Part shown: piece after piece, positions 12,320 through 24,006 of the stretch
How positions within the stretch are numbered: the first letter of the stretch is position 1
How the letters are laid out: the number at the start of each line of letters is the position of its first letter
Source: Lingula anatina
Taxonomy: Eukaryota; Animalia; Brachiopoda
Reading direction: 5' to 3'
NCBI GenBank assembly: GCA_051362555.1
Contig: CM120640.1
Span: 58,816,788 to 58,880,787 of the forward strand
DNA length: 64,000 bases
Program-made: the position numbers and the translations under genes
Notes under the pieces: model-generated
Seen by the model: only the letters and a program-made list of their open reading frames with translations
What the model was told of the DNA's origin: nothing
Database searches by the model: none

Positions 12320-15300
12320 ATGGCTCTTTTTCGAGCATTCAAACACTCTTTGAAGCCAGTTGTCGAACCAGCAGTTACATTGCAAGCAGCAGCTTATCAC
12401 AAAAATGTATGTAGACACCCAAAAAGGTTTGAGTTGATTGCGTGTTACCTGATAGAAATATGCATGTAAAAGTGTTATTCAACATATATTACACTAATAT
12501 ATATGTAGTGTACCAGTACATGTAGATCTACATACCATTAATTAGTATTACTAATCAGCGAGCAAACGAGGTTGTGAGTGATTTGTACAGGTAATGAAGT
12601 ATGCAATGTTTTGGGGACATTATATCAGCTTCGATTCAGTAAATATTCAATGGTCGTGTAAAATCGGTATATTTGATTTGTGAATGCGTTCTTTTTAAAA
12701 ACATTGTAGGTGATTGACCACTATGAAAATCCTAGAAATGTTGGCGCCATGGATAAATCAGACAAGTCTGTTGGCACTGGTCTTGTTGGGGCACCTGCTT
12801 GTGGAGATGTTATGAAGCTACAGGTAAGTATAAACGAAAGTTTTGTCATTGCCACTGAAGATTTAAAATTTCAGTTTTCATCAGTTATAATGGACTTTGG
12901 CTTGCGTATTGCAGTCTCATGCAATATCGATCCCCCACCCCACCCCAGCTATACATTTTTGATTTTTAGTTTATTTTTTAGTTTCATTGTAACTGTGAGC
13001 AATGTCATTGTTAGTCAAATTAATATGTAATGGTATGAAAACAGCAATTTGTACATATTATCAAACATTTACTAGAAAGTTTTAGAACAAAAAAAAAAGT
13101 TGTAGACTCTTACAACAATACAATATATTTTTTTTAGCTTAAAATTGATGAAAATGGAAAGATTGTTGATGCCAAGTTCAAGACATTTGGATGTGGTTCA
13201 GCCATAGCTTCCAGTTCTTTTGCCACAGAGTGGGTGAAAGGCAAATCGGTAAAATATTCATAATTTGATATGAGCATTTAATGTTCTACTTTTTAGATCC
13301 AATTAAATGTTTAAGTGTTTAGATTTATATAAGGTAGAAATGAAGATATAGAATTTATGATGAGGTTATAAAGATCAGAATTTAATTATTATTTTTATGT
13401 ACAGACACAGATGTGTCTGTACATATTGCCATCACCTGCGTCTGTCGTCGCCGTCGTCGCCCATGCCGATGGCGATGCCGTCGCCGTGCACTTTCACTGT
13501 AAACACGATAAGTGGAACACAGTTTTATTTTTTGGTTTTATATTTACAGAGCTGATGAATATTCATAAAAAGCAGGTCAAGTTCGAAAATCAGCATGATC
13601 GAGCCATTATTGTAGAAGTTATGCTGTTTTATCACTTTTCAGCATATATGCAACCCTGTAAACACATTTTAAGGAAAACCGTTAGGCCTGTTGTCATGAA
13701 ACTCACAAGAGTAATCAATCTTACTAAAACGCAGGTCAAGTTCGAAAATTGACATGATCGGGCCACTATTTTACTAGTTATGCTGTTTTTTCCTTTTTTT
13801 CAGCATATGTGCAACACTGTAAACACAATACAAGAACAAGGCAGCAAAGCTGTCAAATGTACAGACAAAAAACAGGAAATAACTATGCACAAAATAGGCT
13901 ACTGTCAATTCTGATGCAAAATTTTAATGATTGAATCTGACAAACTGCAATTATATGAGTTTATTTCCATTTTTGAAACTTTATTACACAATACACGATA
14001 ACAAGTTTACCATCATTTTTACATAATCAACTAATAATGTTGTAAAGATGCAGGAAATGCCAAACAAACACTTTTACGTATCTTATTAATTAAATAATGA
14101 AACTGTTAACATGCCTAAGAAATGAATCTGAGGAAATGTGAAAAAACGGCATTTCTTTGAAATAATGGCCCGATTAAGCTGATTTTTGAACTCAACCTGC
14201 GTTTTAGCAGGAATGACCACTCCTGTGAGTTTCATGACAATTGGCCCATCTGTTTTTCTTATATTGTATTTACTGTGTTGCATATATGCTGAAAAGTGAA
14301 GAAAAAAGCATAACTACTAAAACAGTGGCCCGATCATGCCGATTTTCGAACTTGACCTGCATTATAATAAGATCGATTACTCCTGTGAGTTTCATGACAA
14401 CAGGCCTATCAGTTTTCCTTGAAATGTGTTTACAGTGTTGCATTTATGCTGAAAAGTTAAAAAACAGCATAACTTCCCTTAAAATGGCCCGATCATGCTG
14501 ATTTTCGAACTTGACCTGCGTTTTATGAATATTCATCAGCTCTGTAAATATTAAGCCAAAAAGTAAAACTGCCCTCCACTTATCGTGTTTACAAGGAAAG
14601 TGCACGGCGACGGCATCGGCATCGGCATCGGCGACGACAGACGCAGGTGATGACAATATGTACAGACACATCTGTGTCTGTACATAAAAATGTGACTAGC
14701 AAAGGTCTTCAGGCCCATGGAACTTCAAAGTCACATCTTGAAAATGCCAAAATGTAAACAAGACAGCACTCTTCTGAAATGGGTTTATTTCCGTTTTTAA
14801 CACTTTTTTAACATAAAACAAAATAAACATTTTACTGCCATTTTTTTATGACCAACTAAGAAAATTGATGAGATGAGAAAAGTATCAATAGAATAGTGTT
14901 AAATGTCCAATTTCCTCCATTCTGAGATTCTGAACATAGTGGATGATTGAATCTGACAAACTGCAATGATATGAGTTTATTTCCGTTTTTGACACTTGAT
15001 TACACAATACATGATAACAAGTTTACCATCATTTTTATATAATCAACTAACAATGTTGTAAAGATGCAGGAAATGTCAAACAAACACTTTTACGTATCTT
15101 ATTACTTAAATAATAAGGCTTTTAACATGCCTAAGAATTAAATCTGAGGAAATCTGAGGAAATGTGAAAAAACAGCATAACTTCTAAAATAATGCCCCGA
15201 TTATGCTGATTTTTGAACTCAACCTGCGTTTTAGTAAGACTGACCATTCCTGTGAGTTTAATGACAATTGGGCTTTCTGTTTTTCTTATATTGTGTTTAC

Positions 15301-18300
15301 AGTGTTGCATATATGCTTAACAATGAAAAAACCCGCATAACTACTAAAATAGTGGCCCGATCATGCTGATTTTCGAACTTGACCTGCGTTTTAGTAAGAT
15401 TGATTACTCCTGTGAGTTTCGTGACAACAAGCCTAACGGTTTTCCTTGAAATGTGTTTACAAGGTTGCATATATGCTGAAAAGTGAAAAAACAGCATAAC
15501 TTCTACAATAATGGCCCGATCATGCTGATTTTCGAACTTGACCTGCGTTTTATGAATATTCATCAGCTCTGTAAATATAAAGCCAAAAAGTGAAACTGCC
15601 TTCCACTTATCGTGTTTACAAGGAAAGTGCACGGCGCCGGCGACGGCATCGGCATCGGCATCGGCGACGACAGACGCAGGTGATGGCAATATGTACAGAC
15701 ACATCTGTGTCTGTACATAAAAAAAGCATAACTACTAAAATAGTGGCCCGATCATGCCGATTTTCGAACTTGACCTGCATTTTATGAATATTCATCAGCT
15801 CTGTAAATATACAGCCAAAAAGTAAAACTGCCTTCCACTTATCGTGTTTACAATGAAAGTGCATGGCGCCGGCGACAGCGACAGTGACGGCAACGACGGC
15901 GACGACAGACGCAGGTGATGGCAATATGTACAGACACATCTGTACATATGAACTGTACTGTTTGAGAACAGTAAGTGACATGGTTTTTCTTAAATGGTCA
16001 TCATGGGAGCAGTGCCCAAAATAGGTTTTTTTCAAATTTTGACGCAATATTACATAATGTTTAACAGCATAATGATCATCAATTTTTAATAATTAAATAT
16101 TAGTATCATGGACAAATAGTAAACGTGACTAACAAAGGTTTTAAGGCCGATGGAACTTCAAAGTCACACCTTCAAAATGCCAAAATGTAAACAAGACCGC
16201 ACTGTTCTGAAATGGGTTTATTTCCATTTTTAACACTTTTTTAACATAAAACAAAATTAATAGGTTACTGCCATTTTTATAAGATCAACTAAGAAAATTG
16301 ATGAGATGTGAAAAATATCAATAGAACAGTGTTAAATGTCCAATTTCTTCCATTCTGAGATTCTGAACATAGTGAATGATTGAATCTGACAAACTGCAAT
16401 GATATGAGTTTATTTCCATTTTTGACACTTTATTACACAATACACGATAACAACTTTACCATCATTTTTACATAATCAACTAACAATGTTGTAAAGATGC
16501 AGGAAATGTCAAACAAACACTTTTACGTATCTTATTACTTAAATAATAAGGCTATTAACATGCCTAAGAATTAAATCTGAGGAAATCTGAGGAAATGTGA
16601 AAAAACAGCATAACTTCTAAAATAATAGCCCGATTATGCTGATTTTCGAACTCAACCTGCATTCTAGTAAGACTGACCATTCCTGTGAGTTTAATGACAA
16701 TTGGGCTTACTGTTTTTCTTATATTGTGTTTACAGTGTTGCATATATGCTGAACAATGAAAAAACCGCATAACTACTAAAATAGTGGCCCGATCATGCTG
16801 ATTTTCGAACTTGACCTGCGTTTTTGTAAGATTGATTATTCCTGTGAGTGTCATGACAACAGGCCTAACGGTTTTCCTTTAAATGTGTTTACAAGGTTGC
16901 ATATATGCTGAAAAGTGAAAAAACAGCATAACTTCTACAATAATGGCCCGATCATGCTGATTTTCGAACTTGACCTGCGTTTTATGAATATTCATCAGCT
17001 CTGTAAATATAAAGCCAAAAAGTAAAACTGCCTTCCACTTATCGTGTTTACAAGGAAAGTGCACGGCGACGGCATCGGCATCGGCATCGCCATCGGCGAC
17101 GGCGACGACAGACGCAGGTGATGGCAATATGTACAGACACATCTGTGTCTGTACATAAAAACCGATAGGCCAATTGTCATTAAACTCACAGGAGTGGTCA
17201 ATCTTACTAAAACGCAGGTCGAGTTCGAAAATCAGCATAATCGGGCCATTATTTTAGAAGTTATACTGTTTTTTCACATTTCCTCAGATTCAATTCTTAG
17301 GCATGTTAACAGTCTTATTATTTAACTAATAAGACATTTAAAAGTGTTTGGTTGACATTTCCTGCATCTTTACAACATTATTAGTTGATTATGTAAAACT
17401 GATGGTAAACTTGTTATCGTGTATTGTGTAATAAAGTTTCAAAAATGGAAACAAACTCATATAATTGCAGTTTGTCAGATTCAATCATTCACTATGTTCA
17501 GAATCTCAGAATGGAGGAAATTGGACATTTAACACTGTTGTATTGATATTTTTCCCATCTCATCAATTTTCTTAGTTGATCGTATAAAAATGGCAGTAAC
17601 CTGTTAATTTTGTTTTATGTTTAAAAAATTGTTAAAAATAAAAAAAAAAACATTTCAGAACAGTGCTGTCTTGTTTACATTTTGGCATTTTCAAGTTGTG
17701 ACTTTGAAGTTCCATGGGCCTGAAGACCTTTGCTAGTCACATTTTCTGAATATCCATGATGCTAATATTTTATTATTAAAAATTGATGGTCATTATGCTG
17801 TTAAACATTATGTAATATTGCATCAAAATTTGAAGAAACCCCTATTTTGGGCACTGCTCCCATGATGACCATTTAAGAAAAACCATGTCACTTACTGTTC
17901 TCAAACAGTACAGTAAATATGTACAGATGTGTCTGTACATATTGCCATCACCTGCGTCTGTCGTCGTCGCCGTCACTGTCACTGGTGCCGTGCACTTTCA
18001 TTGTAAACACGATAAGTGGAAGTCAATTTTACTTTTTGGCTGTATATTTACAGAGCTGATGAATATTCATAAAATGCAGGTCAAGTTCGAAAATCAGCAC
18101 GATCGAGCCATTATTTTAGAAGTTATGCTGTTTTTTCACTTTTCAGCATATATGCAACACTGTAAACACATTTCAAGGAAAACTGATAGGCCTGTTGTCA
18201 TGAAACTCACAGGAGTAATCGATCTTACTAAAACGCAGATCAAATTCGAAAATCGGCATGATCGGGCCACTATTTTAGTAGTTATGCTGTTTTTTCATTT

Positions 18301-21300
18301 TTCAGCATATATGCAACACTGTAAACACAATATTATGTAATAAAGTGTCAAAAATTGAAATAAACTCATATCATTGCAGTTTGTCAGATTCAATCATCCA
18401 CTATGTTCAGAATCTCAGAATGGAGGAAATTGGACATTTAACACTGTTCTATTGATATTTTTCCAATCTCATCAATTTTCTTAGTTGATCATATAAAAAT
18501 GGCAGTAAACTGTTCATTTTGTTTTATGTTTAAAAAGTGTTAAAAATGGAAATAAACCCATTTCAGAACAGTGCTGTCTTGTTAAAATTTAATGTTGAAT
18601 TTGCAGTTTAACATTATGTACTTTTGCATCAGAATTGGCAGTAGCCTATTTTGTGCATAGTTATTTCCTGCTTTTTGTCTGTACATTTGACAGCTTTGCT
18701 GCCTTGTTTTGTTTTTTGCATTATCTAAATTGAGACTTGTTATCGAGTTGTTTATATTAAACATCATTTACAGGTTGATGATGCTTCCTCAATAAAGAAC
18801 ACAGAGATTGCAAAAGAGCTTTCTCTCCCACCAGTGAAGCTACATTGTTCAAGTAAGCTGTTTTAATTGTTGATTTATTGTGCTGAGTCTCAGAAAGACT
18901 TAAGGGCCATTCAGAATAGATGATCGGAGTACTAACTCAGTGTTCTCCACAACTTGAAATTATAAGGTGGGGGAAGAGCAGTTATGGTGAGGGTCTCCGG
19001 AAGCGAGCGCCGAAGGCGCTCGCCATGCTAGGGGGGTGCGGGGGCATGCTCCCCCGGGAAAATTTTGAAAAATTGGTGCAAATACCTGCATTCTGGGCAA
19101 TTTTAGAATTCTAAAAGGTCATTTTTATGGTAAGAGAATTCATCATTTCTTTAATGATAACTACGTATGATCATTTTGTAGATGTTCCTGTGACAAGTTT
19201 TACTTTATATTAACAATAGTCATGGCTCTGAATTAAACTTCACTTTTATTTTTGAATAAATCTCTGAAACATAAGGCATTTCACATTGTTTTTATGGCTT
19301 CATTGACATCAGGTTACATTGAAGCAAAGTTAATTAAAAAGTACATGCACTTCAGTGCACCAATGAAAGCCTCTGTTTCCACAGACGCCACATCCTGCAT
19401 AGCAGCTGCTATCCCTCCATCTACCTTTGATTATCTGTATTCCACCTCCAAACTGTGAGACACCTGATGCATGGTGGACTGTTCATGTCTCTTAATAGTG
19501 TCTTCTCTGTATGTCTGGCACCCAACTTTGGTCCAGATGTCAGTGCCTTTCTTGGACCTTTGACCATGGCTTGAACACCAGGCACAAAACATACCTGAAA
19601 CAATGCATTTCTATGGTTAAACAATGGTATTTGATGTTTATGTAGCGTTACATAATAATTTAACGACGCAACGATCTTCCGTCGGACAGATATACGATAG
19701 CATCGACGTTGCTGCCTTTGCCCTGCTCTAAATGACTGTGAATGAACTTTTATTGATATTTAAATTAACAAATGGGTACAAAGTCTCGTAAAGCTTCTCA
19801 CATTTTAAAAATAACCTAATCATTCCATATTAAAAACGTATGAATACATCATCTCATTGGGATTGCTCACGTTCAAGTGGATTGCGGGAAGGGCAGGTCT
19901 AATATTCAAGACTGTCAATCTACTTCCTAATACAAGCATAAAGGCAGGGTAAATGGAGCACGTGACAAAATCAGCCTATCGCTATGCTAGACTTCTTTTC
20001 ACAAACGTCATTCATGAAGAGTACATGGTCGAAACTGGCTAAAACTGCCTACGTGATCGGTAAATGTACAATGTATCTTTTCGATATATTAGTGGCCATG
20101 TTTTCTTGTAATACGAAAGAAATACATATGCATTAAAGCAACATCCCTGACATTAAAGTGATTTGTTTGTTTTTATTTTCCAGTTGTATATAGATTCCAG
20201 TAAGTAATGAGGTAACAAACGCAAGATATGGTGAAATTTGTAAAATTTTATAACGTTAATGATGAATAATGTAGTCAACTTACCTTCATCGGGTTCATGT
20301 CGAAGCCATGTATACTTTTTCAACCACGGAGTGTAAAACTCCGTCCTATGTTTGGGTTTTTTAGGTGCTGGTTCGCTGTTCGTTTAGTCATTTACCTGTA
20401 CGGATGTATCCACTATTTTGTTTGATGAATGTGACTCTCTGCGGGTTTTAAAAAAAGACGTCAACGTGCTCTGCTTTGACGCCATGCTTAGAGATCTTAC
20501 GTGTTTCTATATTTAATTTTTTTTTTGCAATAAAATTCTGTAATAGTCGGTAGATAAGGCGGGGTAAATGGAGCACGTGACAAAATCAGCCTATCGCTAT
20601 GACTACTTTTCACAAACGTCATCCGTGAAGAGCACATGATCGAAATTGGCTACAACTGCGTACGTGAGCGGCAAATGTACAATGTATCTTTTCGATATGT
20701 TAGTGTCAAAGGGATGCAAAAACGACAGTCAAGCTATGCAAGTTCAAGTTTAATATCTCACTTTTCTACAAGAAAATAAGCTGAAGGTCTGCTTATTGCC
20801 CAAAATAAAGGTGGCGGGCCGTTTACATAAGGTGGCGCAAAACTCAATAAGGTGGCGCAGCGCCACCTAAAAACAGGTCGTGGAGAACACTATAACTGAT
20901 CCACCGACTAAATATGGCCGACCCCACTTCAAAGGCAATGCCTCTGATTCCCGATGGTCTCCCTGCCTCCACACGCGCCATTAAATGGATTATATCTTGG
21001 TTCCGGGGTTTAATTGCTAGGCCCCTGCAGCGACAGCGTGTGTAGAGGTGGGGAGACCATCATGGAATAAGCGGCATCACTTTTGAAGTGGGGTCGTCCA
21101 TATTTAGTTGGCGGATCAGTTAGTACTCGGATAATCCTTTCTGAATAGGGACTTAGCACCTTTCCATACCTAGATAGATCTAACATGATGGACCTATCTT
21201 CGAGGGGTTACTCGCTAAATTGCATTCATGTTAAGTGACTCTGATGTCTAGCACGCCTACTGAAGCTGAGGGTAACTATCGTTTATCAGCTTCAGTAGGC

Positions 21301-22124
21301 GTGCCAGATATTTAAGCTGTTTAAGCTGAATGGAATTTAACGAGAATCCCCTTGGAGATGGGTTGATCCTGCTAGATCAATCGAGGTGTGGAAATGGGGT
21401 CTTACATAACAACCACTGTATCCCTTTGCGACATAAATTATAATTTTGTAATTGGTATAGAATACAACCTTATATTGGGGTATGTGCTATGTGATGCAAC
21501 TAAATATCTGAGCCTCGTAACTCGAAAGCATGGTATTGCGAATAGGGATATCACATAGAGGCTACAAGGTATTATATGGGGCGAGTATGGGCAAGTTATG
21601 GAATCGAGAGGCTTGCGCTCAGTTGCAATGTGTGATGCTTTCTAGCTACGGGCCCCATCATTTGGTAATGTGGTAACCAGCTGTGCAATGCCTGTACCCC
21701 ATTGTTCAGCTGAACATCCATGCACAGTCTTGTCCATTGTTATGATAACATTTAAGTATAAAAGTAGATAGTTGCTTTATTTTTCAATTGTTTCACATAT
21801 ATTTACATATTAATTTTCTTTTGGTCACTATGTTGTTTTGCTGAACTCAGCTAAAGTCAGTAATTGTTTAAAATGCATTTCTCCTCTATTTCTATAATTG
21901 AGAAAAATGTTTATGAATGAAAAGCAGCATAACCTGGTTTTATGAAGAAGGGGGAATAAATTATGCCCGTACATTGATATGCATTAAAAAGCTAAAATAA
22001 AATCATTTAACTTAGGCATTGTTTTCTTTTTGCCTTTCCAGTGCTTGCTGAGGATGCCATCAAAGCAGCACTCAATGACTGGAAGAAGAAAAATGACTCT
22101 GGAGGAGAAAAGATGAAGGAATAA
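12320..22124 (+). CDS. ISCU: Mitochondrial Fe-S cluster scaffold ISCU; exons 12320-12406, 12710-12823, 13138-13248, 18774-18852, 22042-22124
   Basis: MALFRAFK presequence-like start, [61 protein letters not shown]; all three Cys and the LPPVK motif are intact. Confidence 0.98.
13392..18710. mobile_element. Cluster of the same HINE family in ISCU intron 3: a plus-strand copy (13392-13835 and ~17160-18710) interrupted by a minus-strand multi-headed copy (13836-~17157)
   Basis: Head stem-loops at ~13397 (+), ~14687, ~15718 and ~17157 (-); tails at 13836 (-) and 18700 (+); the host copy rejoins across aagaa/aaaccgatagg. Confidence 0.85.
18903..21152. mobile_element. Foldback MITE (PIF/Harbinger-like, TTA TSD) split by a hAT-like insertion
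   Basis: Arms ...CATTCAGAA..GAGTACTAACT[insert]GATCCACCGACTAAATATGG and CCATATTTAGTTGGCGGATCAGTTAGTACTC..TTCTGAAT; TTA at 18900-18902 and 21153-21155. Confidence 0.75.
18938..20892 (-). mobile_element. Internally deleted hAT-like DNA transposon with decayed transposase fragments
   Basis: TIR CAGTGTTCTCCAC/GTGGAGAACACTA; flanking TAACT duplication; minus-strand remnant [13 protein letters not shown]...[15 protein letters not shown] (20485-20284, internal stop) resembling a TTF-type zinc-finger N-terminus; ~150 bp internal direct repeat at 19942 and 20557. Confidence 0.75.
21156..21401. mobile_element. Second foldback MITE (Harbinger-like, TTA TSD)
   Basis: Whole element self-complementary (TTTCCATACCT/AGGTGTGGAAA; GCACGCCTACTGAAGCTGA/TCAGCTTCAGTAGGCGTGC); TTA on both sides. 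Confidence 0.75.
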
Positions 22125-23669
22125 TGGACTCATTTGAGCTGTATTTAAAGAAATGAGATGTTTTAAAATGTACTGTAGTTGTTGCTGCATTTCATAAATA
22201 ATGGAGTATTAATCATCAAGTAAATGTGGCAGAAGTTTGGATTATATTTTAGACAGTTCTAAAATGCCATAAAATTTGCTGTGTTTGGTAGGTCCAATGA
22301 ATCCTATTTCATGAATGGAATGGTTTGAGCTCATAAAGTATTTTGTATCAGTACCAAAGTGTGATTGGTAAAACATACACAAACAGAAAGCTATTTGATT
22401 TGCTTCCAATGTCAAATGTTGTACATAAAACCATGTGTCTGATTGTTCTAAGAAATATTTATAAAGCACGCCACATTGAACAGATGTTATAGAAAAAATG
22501 TTGAAAAAGTAAGATTGTTTGTATCTGGATCTTTTAGAAGTGATCAAAGTTAAAGTTTTTAAATTGGTCTCTGCTCTGGTCTAAATTTATTTTACTTTGG
22601 AGAAATGCCCCATTTGAAAGAAAATTAAACATTTGTTTTATAAGGACTTGAAATCAGTGAAGGCATATTGCTTCATTAAAACAAAAAAGTATGTATAAAT
22701 ATAACTTCAAAAGAACCCACTTCTCCTAAGTAAGGAAATCGAAAAAAGGTTTTTATTCTGTCAGGATTAACTTAGTATTGCTTATTTTCTAAAGCTGCAA
22801 GCGCACAAAGTTGGTTATTTATTCATTTTTTTGCTTCTAATAATATCGGGAACTTGTGTATTGCAGTTCAATTTTCAATAAAGAGCAAACTGGAATTTTT
22901 GTCAGTTCTTTTATTTATTGAAATTTATTTTTTAAAAGTTGGGCTTGTTATTATTTTAAAAAGTGCATCTCCCTCCACATTTTACTAGGCATAGTAAACA
23001 AAGGTGATGGTTTGGACGTCGAGTTTAGAAGGACCAACAACTGGAACTGACATAAATTTTTTATTATTCCAGCATGTTTGAATTATATAAACATAAGAAA
23101 TTACTGCTGTTATTAAGCTAGTCTTTAACAGCATCGTGGGACAAGGTTATTTTTAGTAACACCCCTGAATATGCTCCCTGGCTCTGCAAGGTGTTCAATT
23201 GTATAATGTGTATAATGCCATACTGTCAACTCTCTTTTTCCGCCAACTTTTTGTCCATGACAAGCTAACATTTTTATAACGTTGATATTTTGTTCCTCAG
23301 CACTACATGTAGGTGTTGGTGGTTTGGCCCAAGGGACAAAATCTTTGGTTTAGAACAGTATTGAAATGGGTCATCTTTCCACTGGTTCCTACGGTAATAT
23401 GCCAAACAATTCGACCAAGATTAATTAATTAATTTCATGGAAATGTCAGTTTGGTCGAATTGATTAAAATACAGCAAATGGAAACCTTTGATATCGTCGG
23501 ATTGTTAGGGGCATCTGCCAAAACGTCCATCTTTCCGGAAGTATTGCATTTTACCGGTAGTGTTACGCAAGAAAAGCCGCAATTTTCGCCTAACACGTGT
23601 TTCAGGCTTGTTTTATCCTCCTTTTAAAATCTTATTTTGCTGTGTACAATATGTGCTAACATTACTTAA

Positions 23670-24006
23670 AGGCATAATAACTCTTTGTATGATACCTATA
23701 TTTCACAATAAAAACCTTGTGAATAACTCATAGAAATATAATATATTCTGTTTTACCACAAAAACAGCAGTTATAGCTTTTATTCTGATATTTGAACTTG
23801 TCTTTAGACCACGTAACCTCCATTGATGTCTATACTTTGTTAAAATCTCTTAAGAGATTTTAACAAAAAACCAAACTTTTTAGAAAAAAACCAGGGACTA
23901 ACTTTGAATGTAAAAATGGATTCATTAACCATTGGTAAGCATGGGAAAATTGTTGTTTACTCCAGGAAAATTCATTTTTTGGCCGAAACAAAGAGTTATT
24001 ATTGCT
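23670..24006. mobile_element. TTAA-target MITE (Kolobok/piggyBac-like)
   Basis: TTAA flanks; TIR AGGCATAATAACTCTTTGT; internal perfect palindrome TGTTAAAATCTCTTAAGAGATTTTAACA; relatives at 39103-39746 and 46753-47025. Confidence 0.75.

Noticed and set aside
8946-18340. Family of repeated ORFs beginning [13 protein letters not shown] (up to 181 aa) resembling a tandem small-protein gene cluster
   Set aside because: They lie inside HINE copies, start within the terminal stem-loop, vary by microsatellite slippage and stop at different places. They stay open only because the ~159 bp core is near a multiple of 3.
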